From positions 156,178,001 to 156,242,000 of the forward strand of contig CM097884.1 in assembly GCA_044892505.1 (NCBI GenBank): a stretch of 64,000 bases of DNA, given 5' to 3'. Source of the DNA: Schmidtea nova. Taxonomy: Eukaryota. Under the pieces are notes generated by a model. It saw nothing but the letters and a program-made list of their open reading frames with translations, ran no database searches and was not told the origin of the DNA. Numbering within the stretch: the stretch's first letter is position 1; each line of letters begins with the position of its first letter. The position numbers and the translations under genes were made by a program. Positions 35,676 to 45,550 of this stretch are shown here, piece after piece.

Positions 35676-38600
35676 TTATGGTTGATTTATAACCTGTTCT
35701 TTGGGTGTCATTTTTATCTCCTTGGTCGTTTGTTCCTTGTTCTCTCTCTTCATCTCTTTGTTTTTCGTCTTCACCTTTCTTTCCTTCCTTGTCTCGTTTT
35801 CTTCTTTATCGGGTGGTTCGTGATCGCTTGAATTTTCTGAGTTGTTACCGTCGTCACTATCTGTGTTGTCATCTCCCCCTGGCTCGTCGAAAATGTCGTC
35901 CTCGACATTGATTTCTTCTATTAGTTTCGCATACGCTAATGTCGTTAGATTACTTGCCTCAAATTCTTGTGTTTCTACCTGCTCCGGTATTACTTTGTTA
36001 GTGGATTTATGTTCCAAGATTTCCTTTTTGGCCTTGATCCAATTGTTGATGTATGTCTTCATCAATTCTTTCCATTTGCCTGTGTATTTTTCCTCTTTCG
36101 GGCTGGTTGTGATTTTTAGATCTTTTCTTTCCATAAACATCTTCAATATCTCTGGCCATTTATACGTTATTAAGGCACTTCTTATACACCAGTTTTGGTT
36201 ATGTTCTGTAAACTTATTAATCCTGAATGCTGGTTCGTTAGTATTAGGATTTATCCACGTAAGTATTGATTCTGTTAGTTCGACGTTGTTCATCATTGCT
36301 AGTACACTGGGTTTCTTGACCGTATCAGTTAGGTGATCTATTTCTTCCTGATTTGGGACGGTTTTAATGAAATTGACCATTATCCAATTGTGTGTTAATA
36401 ATGCTACATCCAATATCGAATTATCTTTATCTGTCTTTCCTGTAAGTCCTGCACCTGCTTTGTATAGTTCTTCTAATACCTTTGTTTTCGTTTTGGCCCT
36501 TGCTGCAAATACCATAAGTGTATCTCCTTTCTCGTCTATCATATTCATATTGCTTCCGCAATTTAGCATTACTCTTGCAATTTCCATTACTTTCCTATCT
36601 TTGCCATTTCGTAGAGCTCTATGTATGGGCATTATTCCGTCTTTTGGTAATAGGAATGTTACTGGCATCTCCTTTTTTATTATTACTATGTCGTTACCAT
36701 TGTATGTTCCTTTTGCGTATGCGTGTACTTTTTCAACTAATGCGCCGAGTATTTCCAGTGCATGTTTACTATTCTCGAATTCCGGTAACAATTCTTTTGC
36801 TTTTTCTTGTATCGCATCTAGTCTAGCTTGATATGGTGCTTCTGCTTTGAAGAGTGGTGTGAGTTTCTTGTTACTTTCTCTTTCTTTTTTCTCTAAAACC
36901 TGTTTGCATTTTTCGGGATGGTTTAAGATTTTTACTAATTCCTCATATTCGCTTACTATCATCTGGTATTTCTCGTTAAAATTGTTTATGTCTTTGTATG
37001 TTATTAGTTTATCAAGTGGTTTCGCACACCATTTCCTAATCTTATTGAATAAGGCTTCCTTCTCTTTATCGAATTTGTATTCTTCTTCATTCTTTGTGAT
37101 GTTTATGTTTCCTCTGTCTAATAAGGTTAGTAATGTCTTCTGATCACAAGTAAATTTCAGAAGATATCTTAACAGCGCGTTTTGTCCTTCGCTGTATACT
37201 TCGTTTATGTCTAAGACCCATGTATCCTCTTCTGGTCGTTTCCATTTGATTAACTTACGGATCGTGTTGCATTTACCAATTTTGATTGCCTCTTTGATAA
37301 TGTCTCTTTTAACCAATTCGTCTATCTCCCAAGTGCAGTTAGCTATTATGTATTTCAGCATTGGTTGGTGAGAACTCCATATTACGTGATTTAGCACTGT
37401 TTTGTCCTCTCTATCTCGTTCTGTCCAACTGAAATGAGCTTTTATCAATAGATCTATCATTTCTTTATCTGCTTGGTGGATTGCGGCTGTCATTAATGGA
37501 GTTTCTTGTTCCCGATTCCCTACGTCCAAGTTTTGGTTTGTTTCTTTTGCGATTTTTAGGAATTCTTTTGCTCTTTCAATGTTTTTACACTCTATCGCAT
37601 TATGTAAGGCTGGTTGTCCTCCTACATCTTTCAATAAGAGTATTTCAGGGATTTTTTCCAATAATTCAGAAATAATTGGTTCGGTTGGTAATCCTTGTGC
37701 GTAACGGCTAATTATATGTCTAATATCCCTTGATATGCCTGCTTCGTCTCTAACATGCCATCTTCCCATTATCTCTCTCGCCTTCAATATGATTTCTTTA
37801 TTTCTGATTTCCTTTTGCCTTATTTCTGCTTTGTCGTCTTCCGTTACGTTAGCTCTGAGCATATTTATCCTGGCTGTTTGTGATCTAGTTATTATTCGAT
37901 TTTCTGGTGTTGTAGTTATCGTTTTAGGCACCTTCTTACATCTGCAGGTGTTTACATATATGGGTCGTATTAACGGTCGATTTATTAGCTTAACTTTGAC
38001 ATTATTGTCCTTTTTGTATATAATTTCATAAGGTCCTTTCCCAGGTCTTTGGAGTTTCTTAACAGTTCCTGGTATTATTTCGGGAGTTTCTATTATCACC
38101 CAATCTCCTGGTTTTAGATCGTTCGCTTTAACATTTTTCTTCTGGTCATGTAAATCCTTATAACTTTCCTGATAAAATTTAATGTTGAGTTCTGCCGTTT
38201 TCCATATTTCCTGCATTCTTTCTTTGAATTTGGTTACGTAGTCGTCATCTTCCATATATTGCGATAATGGTGGCTGATACTCTAAATCTATGGGCATGTT
38301 GCATTCTCTTCCATACATAAGTTGAAATGGGCTTAGTTTTGTTGCTGCATGTATCGACATTCGGTATGCCATTAAACATAATTTTATATATTCGTCCCAA
38401 TCAGTCTGATGTCTGCTGACGTAATTTGATAACATTCTGATCAATGTACCATTGAATCGCTCCGTTTGTCCATTCGTTTGCGGGTGATATGGTGAAGTTC
38501 TCAATTTTGCTATTCTGAAATAGTTTGTTACCTCGTTCAATAACTCACTCATAAAATTAGTTCCTTGGTCTGTGAGTATTTGTTTTGGAGTTCCGTATCT

Positions 38601-41600
38601 GCAACATATTTCTTCTACCAAAATTTTTGCTACGGTTTTTGCTTTTTGGTCTTGCATGGCAAATGCTTCCGGGAATTTCGTCAGATAATCCGTTATTACC
38701 AATATATAAATATTTCCGTTTAAACTTTCTGGTAATGGTCCTATTACGTCCATTGCTATAGTTGTCATTGGCTCTGCTGGTATCGGCATTGGTTGTAGCG
38801 GGTTCTTCCATTTCTTCCCACTATCCTTTCTGGTTGCGCAAGTTAGACAATTTTTAATCCATTCTTTTATATCTTCTTCCATTGTTCGCCAATAATATTT
38901 TTGTCTCATACGATTTATTGTCTTCTTCTCGGACATATGACCTCCTAATTTCCCATCATGGTACTGGATCATTATCTCTTTCCTTCTGTTTTCCGGTAAA
39001 CACATCAATCTCTTTTCTCCGTCTTGTATTAACAACCATCCTTTATTTATTATGTAGCGATGTTGATATTTTCCTATATGTTCCTTTAGTTCCTTATTAT
39101 CCTTGAATGCCTCCATATTTCGAGACGTTAGGAACTCTATGATCTGTCCTAATTCTTTGTCTTCCTGTTGATCTTTCTTTAACTCACTAAAATCCAAATC
39201 TTCCGCTATTAACACACAAATTCGTTGTACATCAGGATCGGTTAATTCCGGAAATGTCAGTCTTGACATACAATCTGCATTCGCATTCGCTTTTCCTGAT
39301 TTAAATTTTATGTCCGGTGAGTACTCCTGTAACTGCATTGCCCATCGCATTAATCTACTGGATGTTTCCTTGTGCTGTCCTAACCATACAAGCGGTTGGT
39401 GATCTGTTGTTATGCAGATGATGTGACCCCATAATAAATATTTAAAATGTTTTATTGCTAGTATAATCGCTAATGCTTCCCGTTCTGTCCCTGAATAATT
39501 TTTCTCATGCTTTTTGAATGTCCGGCTATAATATCCGATTACACGTTCTTTTCCTTCGTCGTCGTATTGTCCTAATACGGCTCCTGCTGCATATCCGCTT
39601 GCATCTGTTGCAAGTAGGAATGGCTTCTTAAAGTCTGGGTGTACTAATATGGGTGCGGTTATCAGTTTATCTCTCAATGTTTCAAAGGCTGTTTGCTGTT
39701 CGTCCCCCCATATGAATGATACATCTTTCTTTACCAGTTCCTGTATAGGCTTTGCGATTCCGGCGTAATCTTTTATAAACTTTCTATAGTATCCACATAA
39801 TCCGAGAAATTCTTGTATTTGGGTTATTGTTTTTGGTACTGGGCATTCTTTTACCTTGTCGATATTTCTAGGATCCGGTTCTTTTCCTTTTGCTGACACT
39901 ATATGTCCTAGAAATGTTACTTTCTCTTTTGCCCAATCACACTTGGATGGCTTGAGTTTTAACTTCCATTGTCTAAGTCTAACGAATACATCTCGAATAT
40001 CTTGTATGTGTTGTTCAAATGTACTAGAGTAAATCAATAAGTCGTCGATGTAGACCATGCACTGCTTTATTCCGTGGGTGACGAAATTCATGCATCTCTG
40101 AAATGATGCTGGTGCGTTCGTTAATCCAAATGGCATTTTTCGAAATTGATATAAATCTCTCCCGATGGTAAAGGCAGTTTTCTCTTTATCTTCTTCCTTC
40201 ATTTTTATTTGCCAGTATCCGCTTTTCAGATCTAACGACGTAAAATATGCTGCTCCCTGTAAGGTTAATAACATTTCATTGATGTCCGGTAATGGGTACG
40301 TATCTCGTTTGGTCACTGTATTCAATCTTCGGTAATCTATACAGAATCTCTGTGTTCCGTCTTTTTTCTTTACCATTACCACTGGAAATTGCCAGGGTGA
40401 ACAACTTGGTTCGATTACTTCTGCATCCAACATTTTCTTCACTTCTGCTTCTGCTACTGCTTTCTGTGCTTCCGCTAATTTGTACGGCCTTAATGCAATT
40501 GGTGTTTCATCTGTTAATGGTATTGTATGTAGTGTGACATCACATGTTCCTAGATCTAAATCGGATGCTGCAAATATATCCTTATACTCTATCAGTAGTT
40601 TTTCTAACTGCTTCTTCTGGTCCTCATTTAATAATTCACTATCAATATTCCAGGTTGGTTCCTTATCTTTCTCTGCCCCTTCTATTGGTAGTTCGATATC
40701 CATCATTGGGGTTAATTTACCTAATCTTTCGTTTTCGTATATTATTTTGTCCTCTTCATCGAAGTTTACTACGTTTATTGGGATTTCTCCATCATCGTTT
40801 ATGTTAACTAGTCCTCTTGCCATTGGCAACGCTTTCCTTTTCTCGAATCTCTTACTTGGTTCGAAAATCATATCCCCTTGGATTGTCGGATCTATTTTTA
40901 CGTAACATATTTTCTCCTTTCTTGCGGGTATTATCATTTGCTTTGAACTCGTCACTTTGGCTTCTATTGCGCATATTTGTCCTGTGCGATCCTTTAGTCT
41001 CATTGTTCCGAGGTCGATTACAATCTCTTTAAATAATGCTGGCATCAAATCTGTTCCGATGATGCAAGGTACGCTTAATGCTGGTATAACTGCTACGTAT
41101 GTATCGATTTCCGTGTTTAAGTGGCGTATTTTTACCCACCATCTTCCTGCTACTTCTACAACTTCTTTGCTACATGCAATTACATGGACGTTTGTCCTTT
41201 TTATATCTCGTCTTTGCTCTTGTGGTATCCATTTGATGTCGATGGCGGAAATGTTTGCTCCAGTGTCGATCATTGCTTCGATTTCTCTTCCGTTAATTTC
41301 TATTGTCGTGGTTAGTACTGGACCTGTGTTTGATGACATTACTGCGATCGTGTGTGTATCTCCTTGTGGATCTACGCTTCTACATCTTCTCATTTTATAA
41401 TCTTCTGGTATCATGGGGTATACATTTGTCATTGGCATCATTTGCATCGTGCTATTTTTTCCTCCTTGTAGTGGTTCTTGATACATGGTTGGTGGAGGTG
41501 CGTAACATTTCCATGCGTCGGCTGGATTCTTTTCGATGTATTGTGGTGCTTGGTTCTTATACACTTGTCCTCCTTTATAGTCGTCATCGTCGTCATCGTC

Positions 41601-43394
41601 GTCACTCGAATCATGTTGGGTTTTATATCCTTTCATCCTCTCCCATAAACCTTTTCTTTCTCTCTTGAGCTGTTGTCTTGCTTGTTCGTCATTCATTATC
41701 TTTTTAAATTTTCGTCCTACTTCTTCATCTGTTCCCTTCATTTTTGCTAATATCTTTAGGAGTCTTTTTATTCGGTGGATATCTTTTGAGTGACCGTGTA
41801 ACACCATCGTTTTCGCAAGGAATGGTAAAAACCCTACTACCATTTTCCAATTCACTTTCTTTTCTCTCTTGTAGATATCGAAACATGCGAGCATTTGCGT
41901 TATTATCACTCTGACGATTTGTATTATTAATATAACCCCCAGTATTCCAGCCATCATTTGTCCGAATATCAGAAATCTTCCCCACATTGCTTTCATCATA
42001 TTTTCTGTGGCTTTCTTGAAGTGTGCTGGTGACAACAACCGTTCATAATTCGGTCCTTCTCGATAATCCGTTCCTCCCGTTATCGTTACGATATTTGACA
42101 GTAATGCTTCTCTTCTTGCCGGGAATAATATATTCTGCCTTGCTGCTTCTAAATCTTTCGGACTATATATTCCATTGTTTGAGACATCTACGTCGCTGAA
42201 TTGCCTATCCTTTGACAACTGCATTAGCTCGAATTCTCTTGGTGCTATCACTTCGGATCTTCCTGGGAACATAACCCATTTACCATCTGGTTTTTGATAA
42301 AGCGGTCCATACGCATTACTACAGTTGAATGGATTTGGTTCAAACCCTGGTGGATTGATGATTCTCGTCACTGGTTGAACGTATCGTACTTTTCCTTTAT
42401 AATCGATTTCTAACTCATTTGTACAGGTTCCAGGTTTCAACTGTGTTGTTGCTGCTAGCGATGCGTGTGTCTTTTCGCAGATGTATACGTACATTGCTTC
42501 TCCGACCACTCTTCCGAAATGTCCTTCTCTCAGTGGTAATAATGGCATCGCGCTATCTGGATTCGTAATCGCTACTGCCAACTTTGTCTTTAATATTTCT
42601 CGATTCAGTATACAATCATTGTTTATTAGATCGTAGTACACTTTTTGTAATGAGGCTTGTCCTCTATGGAATAGGAAATCCATTTTATTATTCACATACA
42701 GGTGTAGTTTGATATCCATTGTGTCGATTTTGGGTTTCGCATTCGGCACTTCTTGTTTTGACACATATATTCCTGGATAATTCGTTTCGTATACCGTTGT
42801 ACTACACTTAAGGGTTGCTTTCCCTTTTATGAACCTCATTCCCACATCCTGATTTGTGGTTATCAACACTGTTGGTGTGGCTCTCATCTCTATCCGTTTT
42901 TCTCTATGATCCGGTTTCAGTTGTCTTTTATTCTCCAAAGCTTCCTTGAGATGCTTTGCTCTAGCTTTGTCGTCATCGTCTTCTTCCTGAAACGTTTTTC
43001 CTTGGATTTCGTCGAACTGTGCTCCTTGTAGCAGTTGTAATTGACATTCGTTCACCTTTGGTTTGTACACTAATGTTGACATTCCCGTTTGACACATGCT
43101 CCTGTCGATTTTACACATGGATAACGTTTTCATTTCTCCCGTTGTTGGTTCGAAGAATGCTTCATAGCTTTTTAATTCGACTATATACGTATCCATTACT
43201 ACTAGGTTGGTTGCGGGTACTCCGAATATCGGGTAGGTTTCTCCCTGACAATATCCTTCTCCTCCCGTAATCCGTCCTGCTACATAGTACGTCTGTTGCA
43301 TCATCATTCCTGGCTTTCCTCTTATCTTGATTTTATCTCTTGTTGTTACTTCTCCATGTTTAAACAGTGCTTTGCAGTCTTCTCCTTGTAACAC
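35676..43394 (-). CDS. 2572-aa segment: envelope C-terminal part - protease - RT - RNase H - integrase - ankyrin repeats
   Basis: PR MIDTGAN (~41260), RT LDLKSGYWQI/MPFGLTNAPASFQR/YIDD (40041-40052), RH LATDAS...TEREALAI...TDHQPL. IN HDGKLGGH...CLTC, AMDVIGP, TDQGTNF, NGQTERFN, GPY (~38030). Ankyrins GQPALHNAI, ETPLMTAA, IMPIHRAL, GDTLMVFAA. Confidence 0.96.
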   Translation of the reverse strand: MLQGEDCKALFKHGEVTTRDKIKIRGKPGMMMQQTYYVAGRITGGEGYCQGETYPIFGVPATNLVVMDTYIVELKSYEAFFEPTTGEMKTLSMCKIDRSMCQTGMSTLVYKPKVNECQLQLLQGAQFDEIQGKTFQEEDDDDKARAKHLKEALENKRQLKPDHREKRIEMRATPTVLITTNQDVGMRFIKGKATLKCSTTVYETNYPGIYVSKQEVPNAKPKIDTMDIKLHLYVNNKMDFLFHRGQASLQKVYYDLINNDCILNREILKTKLAVAITNPDSAMPLLPLREGHFGRVVGEAMYVYICEKTHASLAATTQLKPGTCTNELEIDYKGKVRYVQPVTRIINPPGFEPNPFNCSNAYGPLYQKPDGKWVMFPGRSEVIAPREFELMQLSKDRQFSDVDVSNNGIYSPKDLEAARQNILFPARREALLSNIVTITGGTDYREGPNYERLLSPAHFKKATENMMKAMWGRFLIFGQMMAGILGVILIIQIVRVIITQMLACFDIYKREKKVNWKMVVGFLPFLAKTMVLHGHSKDIHRIKRLLKILAKMKGTDEEVGRKFKKIMNDEQARQQLKRERKGLWERMKGYKTQHDSSDDDDDDDDYKGGQVYKNQAPQYIEKNPADAWKCYAPPPTMYQEPLQGGKNSTMQMMPMTNVYPMIPEDYKMRRCRSVDPQGDTHTIAVMSSNTGPVLTTTIEINGREIEAMIDTGANISAIDIKWIPQEQRRDIKRTNVHVIACSKEVVEVAGRWWVKIRHLNTEIDTYVAVIPALSVPCIIGTDLMPALFKEIVIDLGTMRLKDRTGQICAIEAKVTSSKQMIIPARKEKICYVKIDPTIQGDMIFEPSKRFEKRKALPMARGLVNINDDGEIPINVVNFDEEDKIIYENERLGKLTPMMDIELPIEGAEKDKEPTWNIDSELLNEDQKKQLEKLLIEYKDIFAASDLDLGTCDVTLHTIPLTDETPIALRPYKLAEAQKAVAEAEVKKMLDAEVIEPSCSPWQFPVVMVKKKDGTQRFCIDYRRLNTVTKRDTYPLPDINEMLLTLQGAAYFTSLDLKSGYWQIKMKEEDKEKTAFTIGRDLYQFRKMPFGLTNAPASFQRCMNFVTHGIKQCMVYIDDLLIYSSTFEQHIQDIRDVFVRLRQWKLKLKPSKCDWAKEKVTFLGHIVSAKGKEPDPRNIDKVKECPVPKTITQIQEFLGLCGYYRKFIKDYAGIAKPIQELVKKDVSFIWGDEQQTAFETLRDKLITAPILVHPDFKKPFLLATDASGYAAGAVLGQYDDEGKERVIGYYSRTFKKHEKNYSGTEREALAIILAIKHFKYLLWGHIICITTDHQPLVWLGQHKETSSRLMRWAMQLQEYSPDIKFKSGKANANADCMSRLTFPELTDPDVQRICVLIAEDLDFSELKKDQQEDKELGQIIEFLTSRNMEAFKDNKELKEHIGKYQHRYIINKGWLLIQDGEKRLMCLPENRRKEIMIQYHDGKLGGHMSEKKTINRMRQKYYWRTMEEDIKEWIKNCLTCATRKDSGKKWKNPLQPMPIPAEPMTTIAMDVIGPLPESLNGNIYILVITDYLTKFPEAFAMQDQKAKTVAKILVEEICCRYGTPKQILTDQGTNFMSELLNEVTNYFRIAKLRTSPYHPQTNGQTERFNGTLIRMLSNYVSRHQTDWDEYIKLCLMAYRMSIHAATKLSPFQLMYGRECNMPIDLEYQPPLSQYMEDDDYVTKFKERMQEIWKTAELNIKFYQESYKDLHDQKKNVKANDLKPGDWVIIETPEIIPGTVKKLQRPGKGPYEIIYKKDNNVKVKLINRPLIRPIYVNTCRCKKVPKTITTTPENRIITRSQTARINMLRANVTEDDKAEIRQKEIRNKEIILKAREIMGRWHVRDEAGISRDIRHIISRYAQGLPTEPIISELLEKIPEILLLKDVGGQPALHNAIECKNIERAKEFLKIAKETNQNLDVGNREQETPLMTAAIHQADKEMIDLLIKAHFSWTERDREDKTVLNHVIWSSHQPMLKYIIANCTWEIDELVKRDIIKEAIKIGKCNTIRKLIKWKRPEEDTWVLDINEVYSEGQNALLRYLLKFTCDQKTLLTLLDRGNINITKNEEEYKFDKEKEALFNKIRKWCAKPLDKLITYKDINNFNEKYQMIVSEYEELVKILNHPEKCKQVLEKKERESNKKLTPLFKAEAPYQARLDAIQEKAKELLPEFENSKHALEILGALVEKVHAYAKGTYNGNDIVIIKKEMPVTFLLPKDGIMPIHRALRNGKDRKVMEIARVMLNCGSNMNMIDEKGDTLMVFAARAKTKTKVLEELYKAGAGLTGKTDKDNSILDVALLTHNWIMVNFIKTVPNQEEIDHLTDTVKKPSVLAMMNNVELTESILTWINPNTNEPAFRINKFTEHNQNWCIRSALITYKWPEILKMFMERKDLKITTSPKEEKYTGKWKELMKTYINNWIKAKKEILEHKSTNKVIPEQVETQEFEASNLTTLAYAKLIEEINVEDDIFDEPGGDDNTDSDDGNNSENSSDHEPPDKEENETRKERKVKTKNKEMKRENKEQTTKEIKMTPKEQVINQP

Positions 43395-43714
43395 GATTGG
43401 TCTCTTTCCGTTCCTGGCATGACAATTGCTGAATAATGTCCTCTCCCGCAGTAGAATGCGAATCTCGTCTTCTGCACTTTACATTCATTCACCATTGTCT
43501 TTATGAGTTCTGCTTCTTGATACACGTGGTACCATTGTTCCTTTTTAATCTTTTGCAACTCTACTGGAGTCGCATCTTTGCATTGCTCCGTACCTCTCAA
43601 TGAATACTTTTCTCCTAACTTCATTTGGTCGCAATCAAACACTTCGAATGCTGTTGCGCTATCGGTGCTAATCATCCAAATCAACATCATCATTATTATA
43701 GCACTCAGATTCAT
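41760..43714 (-). CDS. Class III fusion-type envelope glycoprotein (chuvirus G / herpes gB-like), split by a -1 shift at ~43400
   Basis: Signal MNLSAIIMMMLIWMISTDSATA|FEVFDC, then YSL...C, VYQ, FYCG..HY, VAG...CQG, NNK...LYYDL..NDC, GEAMYVYIC, VQPVTRII, GIYS..DL and TM WGRFLIFGQMMAGILGVILII. Family recognised from memory of the motif series. Confidence 0.82.
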
Positions 43715-45550
43715 TGATGACTTTGCGTTTCCTGTTCCTGCTTGTTCTTTTCCTAACTCTTCCAATATTTTTTCGAATTTCTTTTTCATATTCTTGGCTT
43801 GTGTTTTCTTCTGGTTAGTTTTTATAAATGTTTCCCATCCTCCTTTGTTAATGACGTATGGTTCTATTTCTCTCGCTATAATTTTTGCGGTATTTTTTAT
43901 ATGTCTCTCTAATGCAGTGGGTTTTGGTCGACCTCTACTCAGTGTCAACAGATTGTAGATCGTGTATGCAATAGCTATTACGTATTTGTTATCTGTTTCC
44001 GCTCCTTCTGTCAGTTTCTTTATTAACATAGTGGTTCCTTGCCAGTCTAAGTGATTTGATTTCGTCTTCTCTTTTATGAATTCCGGTAAGATGGGTGCGA
44101 TTGCGCTGTGTAGTGACTTCGCCTTTTCGCTTATCTCCGTTATACGCCAGTATTTTCTTAATTCCGGATCAATTATTGCCAATAGTTCCATTATTGTTTT
44201 CGATATCCATTCCTCCCCTTGACATATTGGTGTTGTCTCTTTTTCTTTCATCTCTGCGATTTTGTTTAATTTCTTTAAACATAATTCCCATTGATCTTGT
44301 CTCTTTTCATCCTTATTTCTGATAACTACTGTTGCTGGGTCTGTCTTGGGTCTACCTCGAGGTCGTTTATCCATTCCTGTACCTGTTTCCACAAACCTTG
44401 TTGCTCGTCCGGTTTCTTCGGTGACATCTCTTGGTTCGTTAGCTCTTTCTTCTAACCATCTTTCCATTTCTTGTGTTAATTGTACATTTTCGACATTCGC
44501 TCCTCTCGTTTCATCTTCCGTCAAATCGTTTACCTCTTCTATTATTATCTCTTCTTCGACTTCTGTTTCTCCGGTGTTGGTTACTTGTATTGTTGTAGGT
44601 AGTTCTTGTATTCTTTCGAAAATGTTATCGTCCTTTTCCCTTGTTAATTCGGTTAATTCTTCTATCATATCGTCGCTGTCTGTAAATATTTCGTCCACGT
44701 CATATGGTTGTGGTGGAGTCCTTTCTCTATTTCCTCTGGGTGTTGTCTCAGATCGTCTCGAACTTGTCCCTGGTGTTAGTGCTGATTTCATCGGGCTCGG
44801 CGTACTTATACTTCCGTGTGGTTTATGGTTTTCTTCTTTACGTTTCAATGGTTGACCCGCTATTGCTTCTACTGTCAAGGTATTCATGAGGTCTAATTGT
44901 GCTGGCGTTATTCCAATCTCTAAACTGTTATCTAATGATCGTCCTTGGTGTTGTAAATGGAATGGTGGTTCGTATCTCAATTTCTTTTTAATATCTCGAA
45001 TTTTTTCTGCTATTCCTACCCAGAGCTCTTCCTTATCCTTGTTTGGATATATTATTCTTAAATGTACTTTTTGTGGAATTTCTTGCGAGAATTCTTGATT
45101 TCTCCATTTCCTAATTACGTGGTCTAGTTGTTCCGGGCACCACTCGTTAACTCTTTTATATTCCGCGATTGCTTTTGCTACTTTACGTAAGCATGTTATA
45201 TCCTCCCCATTTACCACGAAAAAATCTGTGAGACCCTTTATTACTTTTCTCTTACCGTGCGCATTAGTTTTTAATATTTCGACGAATTCTTCCGTTTTTT
45301 GCTTTTCCCTTTCCAACCACATAGCCGCGGTTTCTGGTCCATCTAGGTCTATTGGCGTAGCTTTCCTTGTCACCATGCAAACCCTTCCCATCTCTGGTTC
45401 GCAGTCATCTTCAATTCCTCTTTTATATTCTTCTTCATATTCCCCTTCTTTTGGTTCCCAACATTTTCCTTTCTCGTTCCATTGTTTTTCTACGGGTGTT
45501 CGTATTCGTCTGTTGAGATTGAGTTCTTCTAATACATTTTCCCACTCTGG
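43346..45550 (-). CDS. Polyprotein segment with AT-hook, Bcl-2-like domain and envelope N-terminus
   Basis: In frame with the upstream ORF across the TAG at 45551-45553. It carries KRPRGRPK (~44345-44368), EPYVINKGGWETF (~43830-43865) and the envelope signal peptide. Confidence 0.8.
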   Translation of the reverse strand, partial: PEWENVLEELNLNRRIRTPVEKQWNEKGKCWEPKEGEYEEEYKRGIEDDCEPEMGRVCMVTRKATPIDLDGPETAAMWLEREKQKTEEFVEILKTNAHGKRKVIKGLTDFFVVNGEDITCLRKVAKAIAEYKRVNEWCPEQLDHVIRKWRNQEFSQEIPQKVHLRIIYPNKDKEELWVGIAEKIRDIKKKLRYEPPFHLQHQGRSLDNSLEIGITPAQLDLMNTLTVEAIAGQPLKRKEENHKPHGSISTPSPMKSALTPGTSSRRSETTPRGNRERTPPQPYDVDEIFTDSDDMIEELTELTREKDDNIFERIQELPTTIQVTNTGETEVEEEIIIEEVNDLTEDETRGANVENVQLTQEMERWLEERANEPRDVTEETGRATRFVETGTGMDKRPRGRPKTDPATVVIRNKDEKRQDQWELCLKKLNKIAEMKEKETTPICQGEEWISKTIMELLAIIDPELRKYWRITEISEKAKSLHSAIAPILPEFIKEKTKSNHLDWQGTTMLIKKLTEGAETDNKYVIAIAYTIYNLLTLSRGRPKPTALERHIKNTAKIIAREIEPYVINKGGWETFIKTNQKKTQAKNMKKKFEKILEELGKEQAGTGNAKSSMNLSAIIMMMLIWMISTDSATAFEVFDCDQMKLGEKYSLRGTEQCKDATPVELQKIKKEQWYHVYQEAELIKTMVNECKVQKTRFAFYCGRGHYSAIVMPGTERDQSCYKEKTAKHCLNMEK

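Noticed and set aside
40540-40960. Active dUTPase between PR and RT
   Set aside because: The beta-rich spacer is in the expected position, but no dUTPase catalytic motifs are recognisable.
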